Source of the DNA: Gemmatimonadales bacterium
GTDB taxonomy: Bacteria; Gemmatimonadota; Gemmatimonadetes; Gemmatimonadales; GWC2-71-9
Length of the DNA: 64,000 bases
Assembly: GCA_045403135.1 (NCBI GenBank)
Contig: JAXIPC010000009.1
Span: forward strand, 6,014-70,013
Direction: 5' to 3'
Positions 26,963-36,473 of the stretch are shown here, in pieces. Numbering within the stretch: the first letter of the stretch is position 1; the number at the start of each line of letters is the position of its first letter. The notes under the pieces are model-generated. The model had not been told where the DNA came from, did not search any database, and worked only from the letters and a program-made list of their open reading frames with translations. A program made the position numbers and the translations under genes.

Positions 26963-28883
26963 ACGGCACCAGCGCCCGCGTCGCAATCTCCCGGGTCACC
27001 CGTTCCACGAACCCCCCTACCGGCATCACCTCCTGCTTGTTCCCCGCCCCGCGCACCCGCACGGCCACCGCGTCGTTGTCGACCTCGCGCTGGCCCACGA
27101 TTCCCATATAGGGCACCTTCTGCACCTCGCCCTCGCGAATCCGGTAGTTGAGGGTCTCGTGGCCGGCGCCGAGCTGGGCGCGGATCCCCGCGCCGCGGAG
27201 CCGCCGCGTCACCCGCTCCGCGCCCTCCCGCTGCTCCTCGCTGATCGGAATGATCCGCACCTGCTCCGGCGCCAGCCACACCGGGAAGGCGCCGGCGAAG
27301 TGCTCGATCAGAATCGCCATGAATCGCTCGAACGAGCCGCTCACCGCGCGGTGGATCACCACCGGCCGGTGATCGGTGTTGTCCTCGCCGACGTATTTGA
27401 GGTCGAACCGCTCCGGGGCGGCATAGTCCAGCTGGATGGTGCCGAGCTGCCACTTCCGCCCGATCGAATCGGCGACGTCGAAGTCGATCTTCGGCCCGTA
27501 GAACGCGCCGTCGCCCGGCTTCAACTCATAGGGGAGCCCCGTGGCGTCGAGCGCGGCCTGGAGCCCTGACTCCGCGCGATCCCAGAGGGAGTCGTCGCCC
27601 ACCCGCACCTCCGGCCGGGTGGCAAACTTGAGCGTCGCGCTCAGCCCGAACGTCTTGTAGTAGGCCAGAATGAACTCGACCAGGCGCCGCACTTCCTCCG
27701 CGATCTGCCGCTCCATCAGGAAGACGTGACAGTCGTCCTGCTGAAATTGCCGCACCCGGGTGAGTCCGGAGAGCGCGCCCGACACCTCGTTCCGGTGCAG
27801 TACGTCGTAGGTGATAATCCGGAGCGGCAGCTCGCGGTACGAGTGCTTCTTGGCCAGGTACATCAGGTAGTGCGACGGACAATTCATCGGCTTCAGCGAG
27901 AAGTCGTGCTCCCCGGTTTCCGCGTCGAGCACCAGGAACATGTGCTCCCGGTACTTGCCCCAGTGGCCCGACTGCTCCCACAGCCCCTTGTTATAGAGGA
28001 GCGGAGTGCGCACTTCCTTGTAGTCGTCCCGCTGCAGCTCCCGGAGGTACTCGTTCAGGGCGTTCACCATCGTGGTGCCGCGATCGGTCCAGAACACGGC
28101 CCCGGGCGCGAAGGGGTGAAACATGAAGAGGTCCAGCTCCTTGCCCACGCGGCGATGATCCCGCTTGCGCGATTCCTCGAGCCGGTGCAGGTAGGCGTCA
28201 AGGTCTTCCTTCTTGAACCAGGCGGTGCCGTAGATTCGCTGCAGCATCTGCCGCTTCTCGTCGCCCCGCCAGTACGCCCCGGCGCCGTGCAACAGCTTGA
28301 AATGCTTGAGCCGGCCGGTACCCGGGAGGTGGGGGCCCCGGCACAGATCCACGAACGGCCCGTCGGTGTAGACGCTGATGGTTTCGTCGGAACCTAGCTC
28401 GGCGATGCGCTCCAGTTTGAGCTTGTCGTCGGCAAATCGGCGGTTGGCCTCGTGCCGGTCCACCACCTCGCGAACGAACGGATAGTCCTTGGCCGCAACG
28501 TCGCGCATCACCCCCTCGATCTGCTCCAGATCCTCGGGAGTGAACGGACGGGCCACGTCGAAATCGTAGTAGAACCCGTCTTCGATCGACGGGCCGAAGC
28601 CGATACCGGCCTCGGGAAAGATCTGCCGGACCGCGGTGGCCATCACGTGGGCCGCGGAGTGCCGGAGCAGGTCGAGCGCGGCGGGATCGCGATCGGTCAG
28701 GATCGCAACGGTGGCGTCTTCCTCGATCGGCCGAGCCAGGTCGCGGATCTGATCGTTGACTCGAATCGCCAGCGCGGCGCGCGCCAATCCCGGCCCGATC
28801 TGCGCCGCGAGCTCCCGCCCCGTCGTGCCCGAGGGCACTTCGCGCACACTCCCGTCCGGCAGGGTGAGGCGGATGGTGCTCAC
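26961..28883 (-). CDS. thrS: threonine--tRNA ligase
   Basis: TGS domain N-terminus (IRLTLPDGSVREV), second additional domain HSAAHVM, class II core and anticodon-binding domain; 640 aa. Confidence 0.96.
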   Translation of the reverse strand: MSTIRLTLPDGSVREVPSGTTGRELAAQIGPGLARAALAIRVNDQIRDLARPIEEDATVAILTDRDPAALDLLRHSAAHVMATAVRQIFPEAGIGFGPSIEDGFYYDFDVARPFTPEDLEQIEGVMRDVAAKDYPFVREVVDRHEANRRFADDKLKLERIAELGSDETISVYTDGPFVDLCRGPHLPGTGRLKHFKLLHGAGAYWRGDEKRQMLQRIYGTAWFKKEDLDAYLHRLEESRKRDHRRVGKELDLFMFHPFAPGAVFWTDRGTTMVNALNEYLRELQRDDYKEVRTPLLYNKGLWEQSGHWGKYREHMFLVLDAETGEHDFSLKPMNCPSHYLMYLAKKHSYRELPLRIITYDVLHRNEVSGALSGLTRVRQFQQDDCHVFLMERQIAEEVRRLVEFILAYYKTFGLSATLKFATRPEVRVGDDSLWDRAESGLQAALDATGLPYELKPGDGAFYGPKIDFDVADSIGRKWQLGTIQLDYAAPERFDLKYVGEDNTDHRPVVIHRAVSGSFERFMAILIEHFAGAFPVWLAPEQVRIIPISEEQREGAERVTRRLRGAGIRAQLGAGHETLNYRIREGEVQKVPYMGIVGQREVDNDAVAVRVRGAGNKQEVMPVGGFVERVTREIATRALVP

Positions 28884-29029
28884 CGGCTGTCCTCGGTGGC
28901 GGGAGCGACGACCGTCGGGGTGGTGCGCTCCATCGCAAAAAAGAGCACCAGGCCCGTCACCACGATCAGCGCCAGCAACAAGAGCCGGCCGATCGGTGGT
29001 CGGCCGGGTCGTCGGGGGGCTTCGGGCAT
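28880..29029 (-). CDS. possible 49-aa single-TM peptide translationally coupled to thrS
   Basis: ATG 29029. Sequence is MPEAPRRPGRPPIGRLLLLALIVVTGLVLFFAMERTTPTVVAPATEDSR. Its stop overlaps the thrS GTG (GTGA). Support is only ORF plus hydrophobic helix plus coupling geometry. Confidence 0.3.
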   Translation of the reverse strand: MPEAPRRPGRPPIGRLLLLALIVVTGLVLFFAMERTTPTVVAPATEDSR

Positions 29030-29077
29030 CGTCCGGTCTCGATTCTCGGGGCGAAGTCGGGGTATTAAGTTAACCGC

Positions 29078-29524
29078 ATGCAACCGCGTGTCACACGCCG
29101 CTTTCGGCCCGCCAGCCGCACCCCTGTAGGACCGTGGGCGCTGCTCGGTTTTGGAGCCGGCCTCGCCGCCGGTTTTCTCCTCGGTGAGGTGTTCGGCGGC
29201 GGCGGAACCGCCCGGGTCGGACGCTTGGTCGGGGGATTGAAACGCCGGCCCCTCGCGGAGCGCCCCGCCGACCGAGCCACCACGATCCTGGCGGTTCTCG
29301 AGGCGGAGCCCGAGCTGGCCGGACTGCGATTCTCCCTGGTCCCGGCCATCCGCGGCGGCCTCGAGCTGCGCGGCTGGGTGCCCAGTCGCGCCGCGCGTTC
29401 GCGGGCGCTGCGCCTGGCCCATGCGGCTTCCGGCGGCCTGCCGCTGCTCGATCGCCTCCTCGTGCGCGGTGAAGACGACGGGACCGCCAACCTCGTCCTC
29501 GACGACGAGTCCCGCTCGGCATGA
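29078..29524 (+). CDS. hypothetical membrane-anchored protein with BON-like C-terminal region
   Basis: 148 aa with one TM (WALLGFGAGLAAGFLLG), then LELRGWVPSRAARSRALRLA...LLDRLLV resembling a BON domain. ATGA overlap with the valS start. Preferred over the antisense ORF 28880..29545. Confidence 0.5.
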   Translation: MQPRVTRRFRPASRTPVGPWALLGFGAGLAAGFLLGEVFGGGGTARVGRLVGGLKRRPLAERPADRATTILAVLEAEPELAGLRFSLVPAIRGGLELRGWVPSRAARSRALRLAHAASGGLPLLDRLLVRGEDDGTANLVLDDESRSA

Positions 29525-32238
29525 CGGATACGCCGCTCCCGCCACAGTACGATCCGACCGGCCTCGAAAAAGAGCTCTACGGGCAGTGGGAGCGGCGCGG
29601 CTTGTTCGAGCCCCGCTCAGACCACACCACCAGCGGGTCCGCCCGTCCGCCCGACCGCCCGTACGTCATCATGATGCCCCCTCCCAACGTCACCGCAACG
29701 CTTCACATGGGGCACGGGCTCACTCTGTCCATTCAGGACGTGCTGATCCGCTTCGAGCGCATGCGCGGGCGCGATGCGCTGTGGTTGCCCGGCACGGATC
29801 ACGCCGGCATTGCCACCCAGAATGCGGTCGAGAAGCTGCTCGCGAAAGAAGGCAAGACCCGGTTCGACATCGGCCGGACGGCGTTCGAGCTGCGAGTACG
29901 GCAGCACGTCGAGGAAACCGGCCCCGCGATTCTCAGTCAGGTCCGTGCCCTCGGGGCGAGCTGCGACTGGCACCGGCTCTACTACACGCTGGACGACGGT
30001 CTCTCGGGCGCGGTGCGCCGGGTGTTCGTTTCGTACTACGAGCGCGGCTTGATCTATCGCGGCAAGTACATCATCAACTGGTGCCCCCGCTGCCTCACCG
30101 CGCTCTCCAACGAGGAGGCGGAGAAGACCGAGACCGACGGGAAGATCTGGCACGTGCGCTACCCGCTGGAAGGCGGCGGGTTCATCACCGTCGCGACCAC
30201 CCGCCCCGAGACCATCCTCGGCGACACCGGCATTGCGGTGCACCCTGAGGACCCCCGCTACGCCGCGCTCATCGGCCGGAATGCGATCCTGCCGTTGGCG
30301 GACCGGCCCATTCCGATCGTGGGTGACGAGGCCGTCGAGCCGGCCTTCGGTTCCGGCGCGGTGAAGGTGACGCCGGCGCACGATCCCACCGACTTCGAGA
30401 TCGGCAAGCGCCACCAGCTCCCGCCGCTCGACGTGATGACCCCCGATGCGCGGATGAACGATGCGGTGCCGCCGAAATACCGCGGCCTCGATCGCTACGC
30501 CGCCCGGAAAGCGGTGGTGTCGGATCTCGAAGCGCTCGGACTGGTCGACAAGGTCGAGGGCCACCGCCACGCGGTGGGCCGCTGTTACCGCTGCGACACG
30601 GTAGTGGAGCCCCGGCTTTCGGACCAGTGGTTCGTCAAGATGAAGCCGCTGGCCGAGCCGTCGCTCCGCGCATACCAGGAGGGCAGGCTTCGGTTCATTC
30701 CCGAGCACCGGGGTGCCGAGTACGCGCAATGGATGACGAACATCCGCGACTGGTGTATTTCGCGTCAGCTCTGGTGGGGGCACCGCATTCCGGTCTGGTA
30801 CTGCGAGGCCGAATCCTGCGGCGCCGTGAGCGCGAGCATCACGGCGCTCTCCGCCTGTCCGAAGTGCCGCGGTCCGGTGCGCCAGGACGAGGACGTCCTC
30901 GACACCTGGTTCTCTTCGCAGCTGGTCCCCTTCTCCAGTCTCGGATGGCCCCAGCACACGGTCGACCTGGCGCGATTCTACCCCGGAGACACGCTGGTCA
31001 CCGGCCCGGAGATTCTCTTCTTCTGGGTGGCCCGCATGGTCATGGCGGGGCTGGCATTCCAAAATGAGGTGCCGTTCCGCACTGTGTACCTGCACGGCAC
31101 CGTGCGCGACACGCAGCACCGCAAGATGTCCAAGTCTTTCGGGAACGGGATCGATCCGCTCGACGTGGTGGCCCGCTATGGCGCCGATGCGCTCCGCTAC
31201 ACCGTGGTGTCGGGTCTCTCGGTCGGGACCGACCTCATTCTCGATCCCAAGGATCTCGACGCCTCCTTCGCGCCGGGGCGAAACTTCGCCAACAAGCTCT
31301 GGAACGTCGGCCGGCTGATCCTTTCGCACCTGGACGGCCCGGTGCGGCCGCTTGCAGGCGGGCACGCCGGCGTCATCGAGAAACGCGAGCTCACCCTCGC
31401 CGACCGCTGGATCATCGCCCGCTGCGACGAGACGGTGCGCGAGGCGACCGCCGCCTACGAGCGCTTTCGACTGAACGATGCGGCCTTAGCCGTGCACCGA
31501 TTTCTCTGGAGCGATCTGGCCGACTGGTACCTCGAGGTGATCAAGCCTCGCCTGTACGGTGACCAGTCCGGCGGCGACGTAGCGCGCGCGGTGGTCACCC
31601 GGACGTTCGACGTGGCCCTCCGGCTCCTCCACCCGGTCATGCCCTTCATCACCGAGACGCTGTGGCGCCGCCTACCCGGCCACAGCGACGCCGAATCGGT
31701 GTCGATCGCCCCGTGGCCGGCGGCCGATCGTCGCGCGGCGGACGGCTCGGCGCTGCGACGGTTTGCGGTTCTTCAGGAGCTGGTCGGCGCGATCCGCTCG
31801 ATCCGGGCCGAATATGCCGTGCCCCCCGGCCATGCCGTGCGGGCCCGCGTGGCCACCCCGAGCGCGGAGGCTCGGGCGGTGCTCGCCGAGGATGCTGCTA
31901 CCGTCGCTCGCCTGGCCAAGCTTGCCGCGCTCGACGCAGGCGGGGAAGCCGGAGAGCCGCTGGAGGGCGCCGCCCACGCCATGCTCCCAGACGGCACCGC
32001 GGTGAGCGTCCCCCTCGGTGATCTGGTCGATCTTCGGAAGGAATGCGCCCGGATCGGCACCGAGATGGACCGCCTCAACGGCGCGATCCGCGGGCAGGAA
32101 ACGAAGCTGGGCAACGAACAGTTTACCGGGAAGGCCCCGGCGGCAGTGGTGGAACGGGAGCGGGAGAAGCTCGCGGCGTGGCGCGAGCAAGCCGCTGCCC
32201 TCGCCGAGAAGCGTCGCCGGCTCGGCTGCCCGGTGTGA
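29521..32238 (+). CDS. valS: valine--tRNA ligase
   Basis: PPPNVTATLHMGHG (HIGH), KMSKS, CP1 editing domain and C-terminal coiled coil; 905 aa. Confidence 0.97.
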   Translation: MTDTPLPPQYDPTGLEKELYGQWERRGLFEPRSDHTTSGSARPPDRPYVIMMPPPNVTATLHMGHGLTLSIQDVLIRFERMRGRDALWLPGTDHAGIATQNAVEKLLAKEGKTRFDIGRTAFELRVRQHVEETGPAILSQVRALGASCDWHRLYYTLDDGLSGAVRRVFVSYYERGLIYRGKYIINWCPRCLTALSNEEAEKTETDGKIWHVRYPLEGGGFITVATTRPETILGDTGIAVHPEDPRYAALIGRNAILPLADRPIPIVGDEAVEPAFGSGAVKVTPAHDPTDFEIGKRHQLPPLDVMTPDARMNDAVPPKYRGLDRYAARKAVVSDLEALGLVDKVEGHRHAVGRCYRCDTVVEPRLSDQWFVKMKPLAEPSLRAYQEGRLRFIPEHRGAEYAQWMTNIRDWCISRQLWWGHRIPVWYCEAESCGAVSASITALSACPKCRGPVRQDEDVLDTWFSSQLVPFSSLGWPQHTVDLARFYPGDTLVTGPEILFFWVARMVMAGLAFQNEVPFRTVYLHGTVRDTQHRKMSKSFGNGIDPLDVVARYGADALRYTVVSGLSVGTDLILDPKDLDASFAPGRNFANKLWNVGRLILSHLDGPVRPLAGGHAGVIEKRELTLADRWIIARCDETVREATAAYERFRLNDAALAVHRFLWSDLADWYLEVIKPRLYGDQSGGDVARAVVTRTFDVALRLLHPVMPFITETLWRRLPGHSDAESVSIAPWPAADRRAADGSALRRFAVLQELVGAIRSIRAEYAVPPGHAVRARVATPSAEARAVLAEDAATVARLAKLAALDAGGEAGEPLEGAAHAMLPDGTAVSVPLGDLVDLRKECARIGTEMDRLNGAIRGQETKLGNEQFTGKAPAAVVEREREKLAAWREQAAALAEKRRRLGCPV

Positions 32239-33509
32239 GACGCACCCGTGCGGTCCTGCTGATGGTGGCCGCCGGCTGCGCCCGCATCCTGGCGCCGCCC
32301 GGCGGACCGGCGGACCGAGTGCCTCCCGGAATCATCTCCACCCTTCCCGATTCCCTCGCCGTCCTCCCCGCTTTCAAGGATGACGTGGAGTTCCGCTTCG
32401 ATGAGGTGATCGCGGAAGGAGGCAACCCGAATTTCGGACTCGGCACCGGAGACCTCGAGAGGCTGGTGCTGGTTTCTCCTTCGGCAGGCGTCCCCCAGGT
32501 CCATTGGCGGCGGGACCGGATCACCGCACGGCCCCGTGGCGGCTGGCGGCCCAACACCGTCTATCGCGTGGAGCTCCTGCCGGGCCTGTCCGACCTGTCC
32601 AACAACCGTCTCGCCCGAGGCAGGGTCGTCACCTTTACCACCGGAGCGCCGCTTCCCACCGCGAGGCTCCGGGGACTCGTGGTGGATTGGAGCACGGTGC
32701 GGCCGCTCCGCGGAGGATTGGTCGAGGCGATCCATCTTCCCGACAGCCTCGGTTACCGGACCGTCAGCGATTCCGTGGGGCGCTTCGACATGGGACCGGT
32801 GCCTGAAGGGGAGTACCTGGTCTACGCGGTTCAGGATCAGAATACCAACCGGCTTCGGGAGAGCCGCGAGTCGTTCGACTCGGTGCGGGTGGCCGCGGGA
32901 GGCTCGGACGTGGGCGAGCTCTGGATCTACCGGCACGATTCGACGATGGTCCGGCTCTCCAGCGCGGTCCTGAACGACTCGCTCTCGCTCCAGCTGTCCT
33001 TTTCGCAGCAGCTCAATCCCTATCAGCGCCTCCCGGCGGATTCGGTGCAGGTGCTTCGGCTGCCCGACTCGACCGCGGTACCGGTCCTGGCAATCCTGCC
33101 CAAGGGTCAATTCGACACCCTCTACCCGTTGGTCCGCTCGACCGATACCGCCGGGGCTCGAGCCGACACCCTTCGCCTGAGTCAGGACAGCGTTCGCGCC
33201 GACTCGATCGCGCGAGCGCGCGAAGCCGCCGCCATCCGGATTCCCGGTGCCCAGCGCCGCCGGGCAGCGGCAATCGACACCACCGGCACCGGCCCGCTGC
33301 GCACCAAGCCGCCGCTGTTCGACCGGCTGTACCTGAGGACCGCCTCCCGGCTCAAGCCCGGATCGGATTACTTGGTTGTAGTGCGCGGAATCCAGAACCT
33401 GAGCCGCGTACCTGCGACAGTGCGCCTGGTGGCGCGGATCCCCGAGGAAAAGCCGCCACCCGCGGACTCCCTCAAGGCCAAACCGGACACCATCAAGCCA
33501 CCCCTATGA
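32235..33509 (+). CDS. lipoprotein with Ig-like (SbsA/Big-type) domains, function unknown
   Basis: GTG 32235 forms a GTGA overlap with the valS stop. N-terminus VRRTRAVLLMVAAGC has a lipobox. Beta-rich repeats follow. Confidence 0.6.
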   Translation: MRRTRAVLLMVAAGCARILAPPGGPADRVPPGIISTLPDSLAVLPAFKDDVEFRFDEVIAEGGNPNFGLGTGDLERLVLVSPSAGVPQVHWRRDRITARPRGGWRPNTVYRVELLPGLSDLSNNRLARGRVVTFTTGAPLPTARLRGLVVDWSTVRPLRGGLVEAIHLPDSLGYRTVSDSVGRFDMGPVPEGEYLVYAVQDQNTNRLRESRESFDSVRVAAGGSDVGELWIYRHDSTMVRLSSAVLNDSLSLQLSFSQQLNPYQRLPADSVQVLRLPDSTAVPVLAILPKGQFDTLYPLVRSTDTAGARADTLRLSQDSVRADSIARAREAAAIRIPGAQRRRAAAIDTTGTGPLRTKPPLFDRLYLRTASRLKPGSDYLVVVRGIQNLSRVPATVRLVARIPEEKPPPADSLKAKPDTIKPPL

Positions 33510-34867
33510 AGGACTCCCGCCGCACGCTGCCGTCAGTCGACCGGCTGCTCAACGAGCCGGGTATCCGTGGCCTGATGGACATCGCGCCACGGAACCTCGT
33601 CGTGGCCGCCGTGCGGGAGTCGATCGCCGCAGCGCGAAGCGGCCGCTCGCCAACGGTTCCCGACTGGCTGTCCGACGTAACCGAGCGAGTGGCCCGGCGT
33701 ACCAGCCCATCCCTGCACTCCGTCCTCAACGCCACTGGTGTGGTGCTCCATACCAACCTCGGCCGCTCGCCGCTTGCGCCGCGCGCGTTGGAGTCCCTGC
33801 TCGCCGTCGCCGCCGGCTACAGCACGCTCGAGCTCGACAGCGCCACGGGAACCCGCGGCAGTCGCACCGACCACTGCGCCTCGCTGCTCGCCGGGCTGGC
33901 CGGCGCTGAAGACGCCCTGGTGGTGAACAACGCCGCGGGTGCCCTGGTGCTGGCGCTCAACGCGATGGCCGCCGGGCGTGAGGTCCTGATTTCCCGGGGC
34001 GAGCTGATCGAGATCGGCGGCTCGTTCCGGATCCCCGACATCCTGGAGAAGAGCGGCGCCGTGCTCCGGGAAGTGGGCACCACCAATCGGACCCATCTCG
34101 ACGACTACCGTCGCGCCCTCTCGGATCGGACCGGGGCCATCCTCACGGTACACCGTTCCAATTTCGAGCAGACCGGCTTCGTGGCCACACCGGAGCCCTC
34201 GCAGCTGGCCGCGCTGGCTCACTCGGCGCACGTGGCCTACCTCTACGACGTGGGCGGCGGACTCCTGGCGGATCTGTCTCCCTGGAATCTCACCGGTGAG
34301 CCCAGGGTGCCAGACGCGGTGGCCACCGGCGCCGACCTCGTACTCTTCAGCGGAGACAAACTCCTCGGCGGCCCCCAGGCCGGATGCCTCGTCGGCGTGG
34401 GTGCACGCGTCTCGGAAGCCCGCCGGAATCCATTTGCCCGGGCGATGCGAGCCGACAAGCTGACCCTTGCCGCGCTGGAAGCGACGCTCGCTCTGTACCA
34501 CGATCCGAGCCAGGCGATCCGGGAAATCCCGGTGCTCCGGATGCTCACGCTGGGCGCCGATGAGCTCGAGCGCCGCGCGACGACGCTGCTCCGAGCCATC
34601 GCCTTACCGGGCCGGGCTGCGCTGGTGCACGGGTTCTCCGCGGTTGGAGGCGGATCGTTCCCGGGCGCCGAGCTCGCTACAACCCTCGTCGCGATCGATC
34701 CTGGCTCGGTCGGCGCGTCGGGTATGGCGCTGCGGCTCCGGCTGGGCACGCCGCCGGTCATTCCGCGAGTGCAGGACGAGCGCGTGATCCTGGATCCGCG
34801 CACCCTGCCCGAGACGATGCTTCAGGAAGTCGGCGCGGTCGTTAGCGTCGCGCTGGACGACTCGTGA
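33506..34867 (+). CDS. selA: L-seryl-tRNA(Sec) selenium transferase
   Basis: LPSVDRLL, NATGVVLHTNLGRS, SRGELIEIGGSFRIPD, EVGTTNRTH and FSGDKLLGGPQAG (PLP lysine) match SelA along its full length. Confidence 0.9.
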   Translation: MKDSRRTLPSVDRLLNEPGIRGLMDIAPRNLVVAAVRESIAAARSGRSPTVPDWLSDVTERVARRTSPSLHSVLNATGVVLHTNLGRSPLAPRALESLLAVAAGYSTLELDSATGTRGSRTDHCASLLAGLAGAEDALVVNNAAGALVLALNAMAAGREVLISRGELIEIGGSFRIPDILEKSGAVLREVGTTNRTHLDDYRRALSDRTGAILTVHRSNFEQTGFVATPEPSQLAALAHSAHVAYLYDVGGGLLADLSPWNLTGEPRVPDAVATGADLVLFSGDKLLGGPQAGCLVGVGARVSEARRNPFARAMRADKLTLAALEATLALYHDPSQAIREIPVLRMLTLGADELERRATTLLRAIALPGRAALVHGFSAVGGGSFPGAELATTLVAIDPGSVGASGMALRLRLGTPPVIPRVQDERVILDPRTLPETMLQEVGAVVSVALDDS

Positions 34868-35436
34868 CGGATCGACCGCCGAGCGCCCTTGCGTCCTTGC
34901 GCCCGGGCGTTTTTCTCGACCGCGACGGAACCATTGTCGGCGACCCGGGGTACCTGCGAGACCCCGAGCATGTCGAGCTTTTCCCGGGGGCCGGCGCCGC
35001 GATCGCCCGGCTCAACGCAGCCGGCCGGCCCGTCATCGTGGTCACCAACCAATCGGGGATTTCCCGGGGCATGGTTTCGGAGCAGGACTATCGCGAGGTA
35101 GCCGCGCGGCTCGACTGTCTTCTCTCCCCCTTCGGCGCCCGCATCGACGCAACGTACGTCTGCCCGCACGCGCCGGAACGGGACGGTCCTTGCGCGTGCC
35201 GAAAGCCCGGGCTCGAGCTCTTTCAGCGGGCGGCAGCGGACCACCACCTCGACCTCGGCGCAACGTGGTGGGTGGGCGACCGGCTGAGCGACCTGCTCCC
35301 GGCGGCCGCGCTGGGTGGGAAGGGAGTGCTGGTGGAAACCGGCGAGGGCCCGGCACACCGGGCAGCCTCGCTCGACCGGGGATTCACGGTGGCAAGCGGG
35401 CTAGGTGCGGCGGTGGACCGGATCCTCTCGGTCTGA
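34864..35436 (+). CDS. gmhB: HAD-IIIA phosphatase, D-glycero-D-manno-heptose-1,7-bisphosphate phosphatase-like
   Basis: FLDRDGT, VVTNQSGISRG, CPH....CxCRKP zinc motif and VGDRLSD. Confidence 0.8.
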   Translation: MTDRPPSALASLRPGVFLDRDGTIVGDPGYLRDPEHVELFPGAGAAIARLNAAGRPVIVVTNQSGISRGMVSEQDYREVAARLDCLLSPFGARIDATYVCPHAPERDGPCACRKPGLELFQRAAADHHLDLGATWWVGDRLSDLLPAAALGGKGVLVETGEGPAHRAASLDRGFTVASGLGAAVDRILSV

Positions 35437-35437
35437 G

Positions 35438-36427
35438 TTATCGCCGGCGTTGCTCCACCAGGCGGTCCTGCGCGGGGTCCCAGCGCCACCTCGGATGGGC
35501 GCCCTGAAGGGTGACACCCCCCATCTGTCGGGCCACGCCGGACAGCTCGCACCAGTCCGCCCGATCGGCCAGCACCCTGGTACCCTGTGCGGTGAGCCAG
35601 ACCTGACGGTCGCGCAGCTCGGAGTCGGGCAGCCGGCTCAATCGAGGATGGCCCCCGGCCAGGAGCGGACTCAGCCCGGTGGCAAGATCCCGGATGACCG
35701 CGTAGAACATCGAGTCCCCCATGAACGGCCGGGGCTCCCGGTCCTGCACCCTCAGAAAAGCGCGCCCCGGGCTGGTCGCGCCGCTCTGAATCTCCTCCAG
35801 CGCCATCTGGGCCGTGCGCGAGAGGCCGTTGGTCGTCGAGGGATACTCGGCCAGGTATCTCGACAGCGCCTCGGGGAGAAAGGGCAAGGCCCGAGTCTTC
35901 GACCGCGCCAGCGCAACCAGGTCCCGGGGATGCGGCGCGTTCAGCGCGGCCCAGGTCTCCTCGGCAAGCTGGAATTGCCGCCGGGTGATCTGCTGCCGGG
36001 TGGGCAGCAGGGTGGCGAGCTGTGCCGGCATGAGTTGCCCCAATCCGACAAAGCGGTCCACGCCCGGGAACCCACCGATGCAGATGAGGGAGAGTCTTGC
36101 GCGGTCGGCCACCGGCTTGAGACGCTGCAGGAGGTAGACCAGGATCGTTTGGTCATACAGATCCGCCTCGAACCAGAGCACCGTCTCGTGGTACTGCTCG
36201 GCCTGGTCCACCCGCCAGTCGGAGCCCCTGATCTCCCGGTAGGTCTCGGTCATCGGCACACCGAAGCGCCTGGACAGGTACGCGGCGCGCTCCCGTTGCC
36301 GATCAGCTTCACGGGCATGAGGATGGAGCGGCCCCTCGCACAGCACGTCACTCCAGCGAATCTTGTCGCCGGGCAGGCCGGCCTGGTCAAGCTTCTCGAG
36401 GATGTCGTCCCCGCAGCGAATGTGCAG
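35438..36427 (-). CDS. DUF1835-like domain protein; start codon unresolved
   Basis: The homology-like N-terminus LHIRCGDDILEKL begins at CTG 36427. No ATG/GTG/TTG lies in frame between 36427 and the purN start. The next upstream ATG (36577) would overlap purN by 104 nt and add a low-complexity Arg/Pro/Thr tail. Confidence 0.6.
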   Translation of the reverse strand: MHIRCGDDILEKLDQAGLPGDKIRWSDVLCEGPLHPHAREADRQRERAAYLSRRFGVPMTETYREIRGSDWRVDQAEQYHETVLWFEADLYDQTILVYLLQRLKPVADRARLSLICIGGFPGVDRFVGLGQLMPAQLATLLPTRQQITRRQFQLAEETWAALNAPHPRDLVALARSKTRALPFLPEALSRYLAEYPSTTNGLSRTAQMALEEIQSGATSPGRAFLRVQDREPRPFMGDSMFYAVIRDLATGLSPLLAGGHPRLSRLPDSELRDRQVWLTAQGTRVLADRADWCELSGVARQMGGVTLQGAHPRWRWDPAQDRLVEQRRR

Positions 36428-36455
36428 GAAGGGACGCGGGTCCGGGAGCTTGGCG

Positions 36456-36467
36456 AGTTTATATTTG
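36456..36467. promoter_or_regulatory. AT-rich bidirectional promoter core (TATATT on plus, TATAAA on minus)
   Basis: AGTTTATATTTG is the only AT-rich patch in the 46-nt divergent spacer. The plus-strand -10-like hexamer ends 8 nt before the purN ATG. Confidence 0.3.
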
Positions 36468-36473
36468 CGCGCT

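Noticed and set aside
28880-29545. 221-aa minus-strand ORF upstream of thrS
   Set aside because: Most of it is antisense to the plus-strand BON-like gene, which is ATGA-coupled to valS and has a clean TM helix. Only its last 49 codons, from ATG 29029, are kept as a low-confidence small ORF.
29617-31365. 582-aa minus-strand ORF
   Set aside because: Antisense to valS, whose identity is unambiguous. Its composition is Arg/Gly/Pro-biased.
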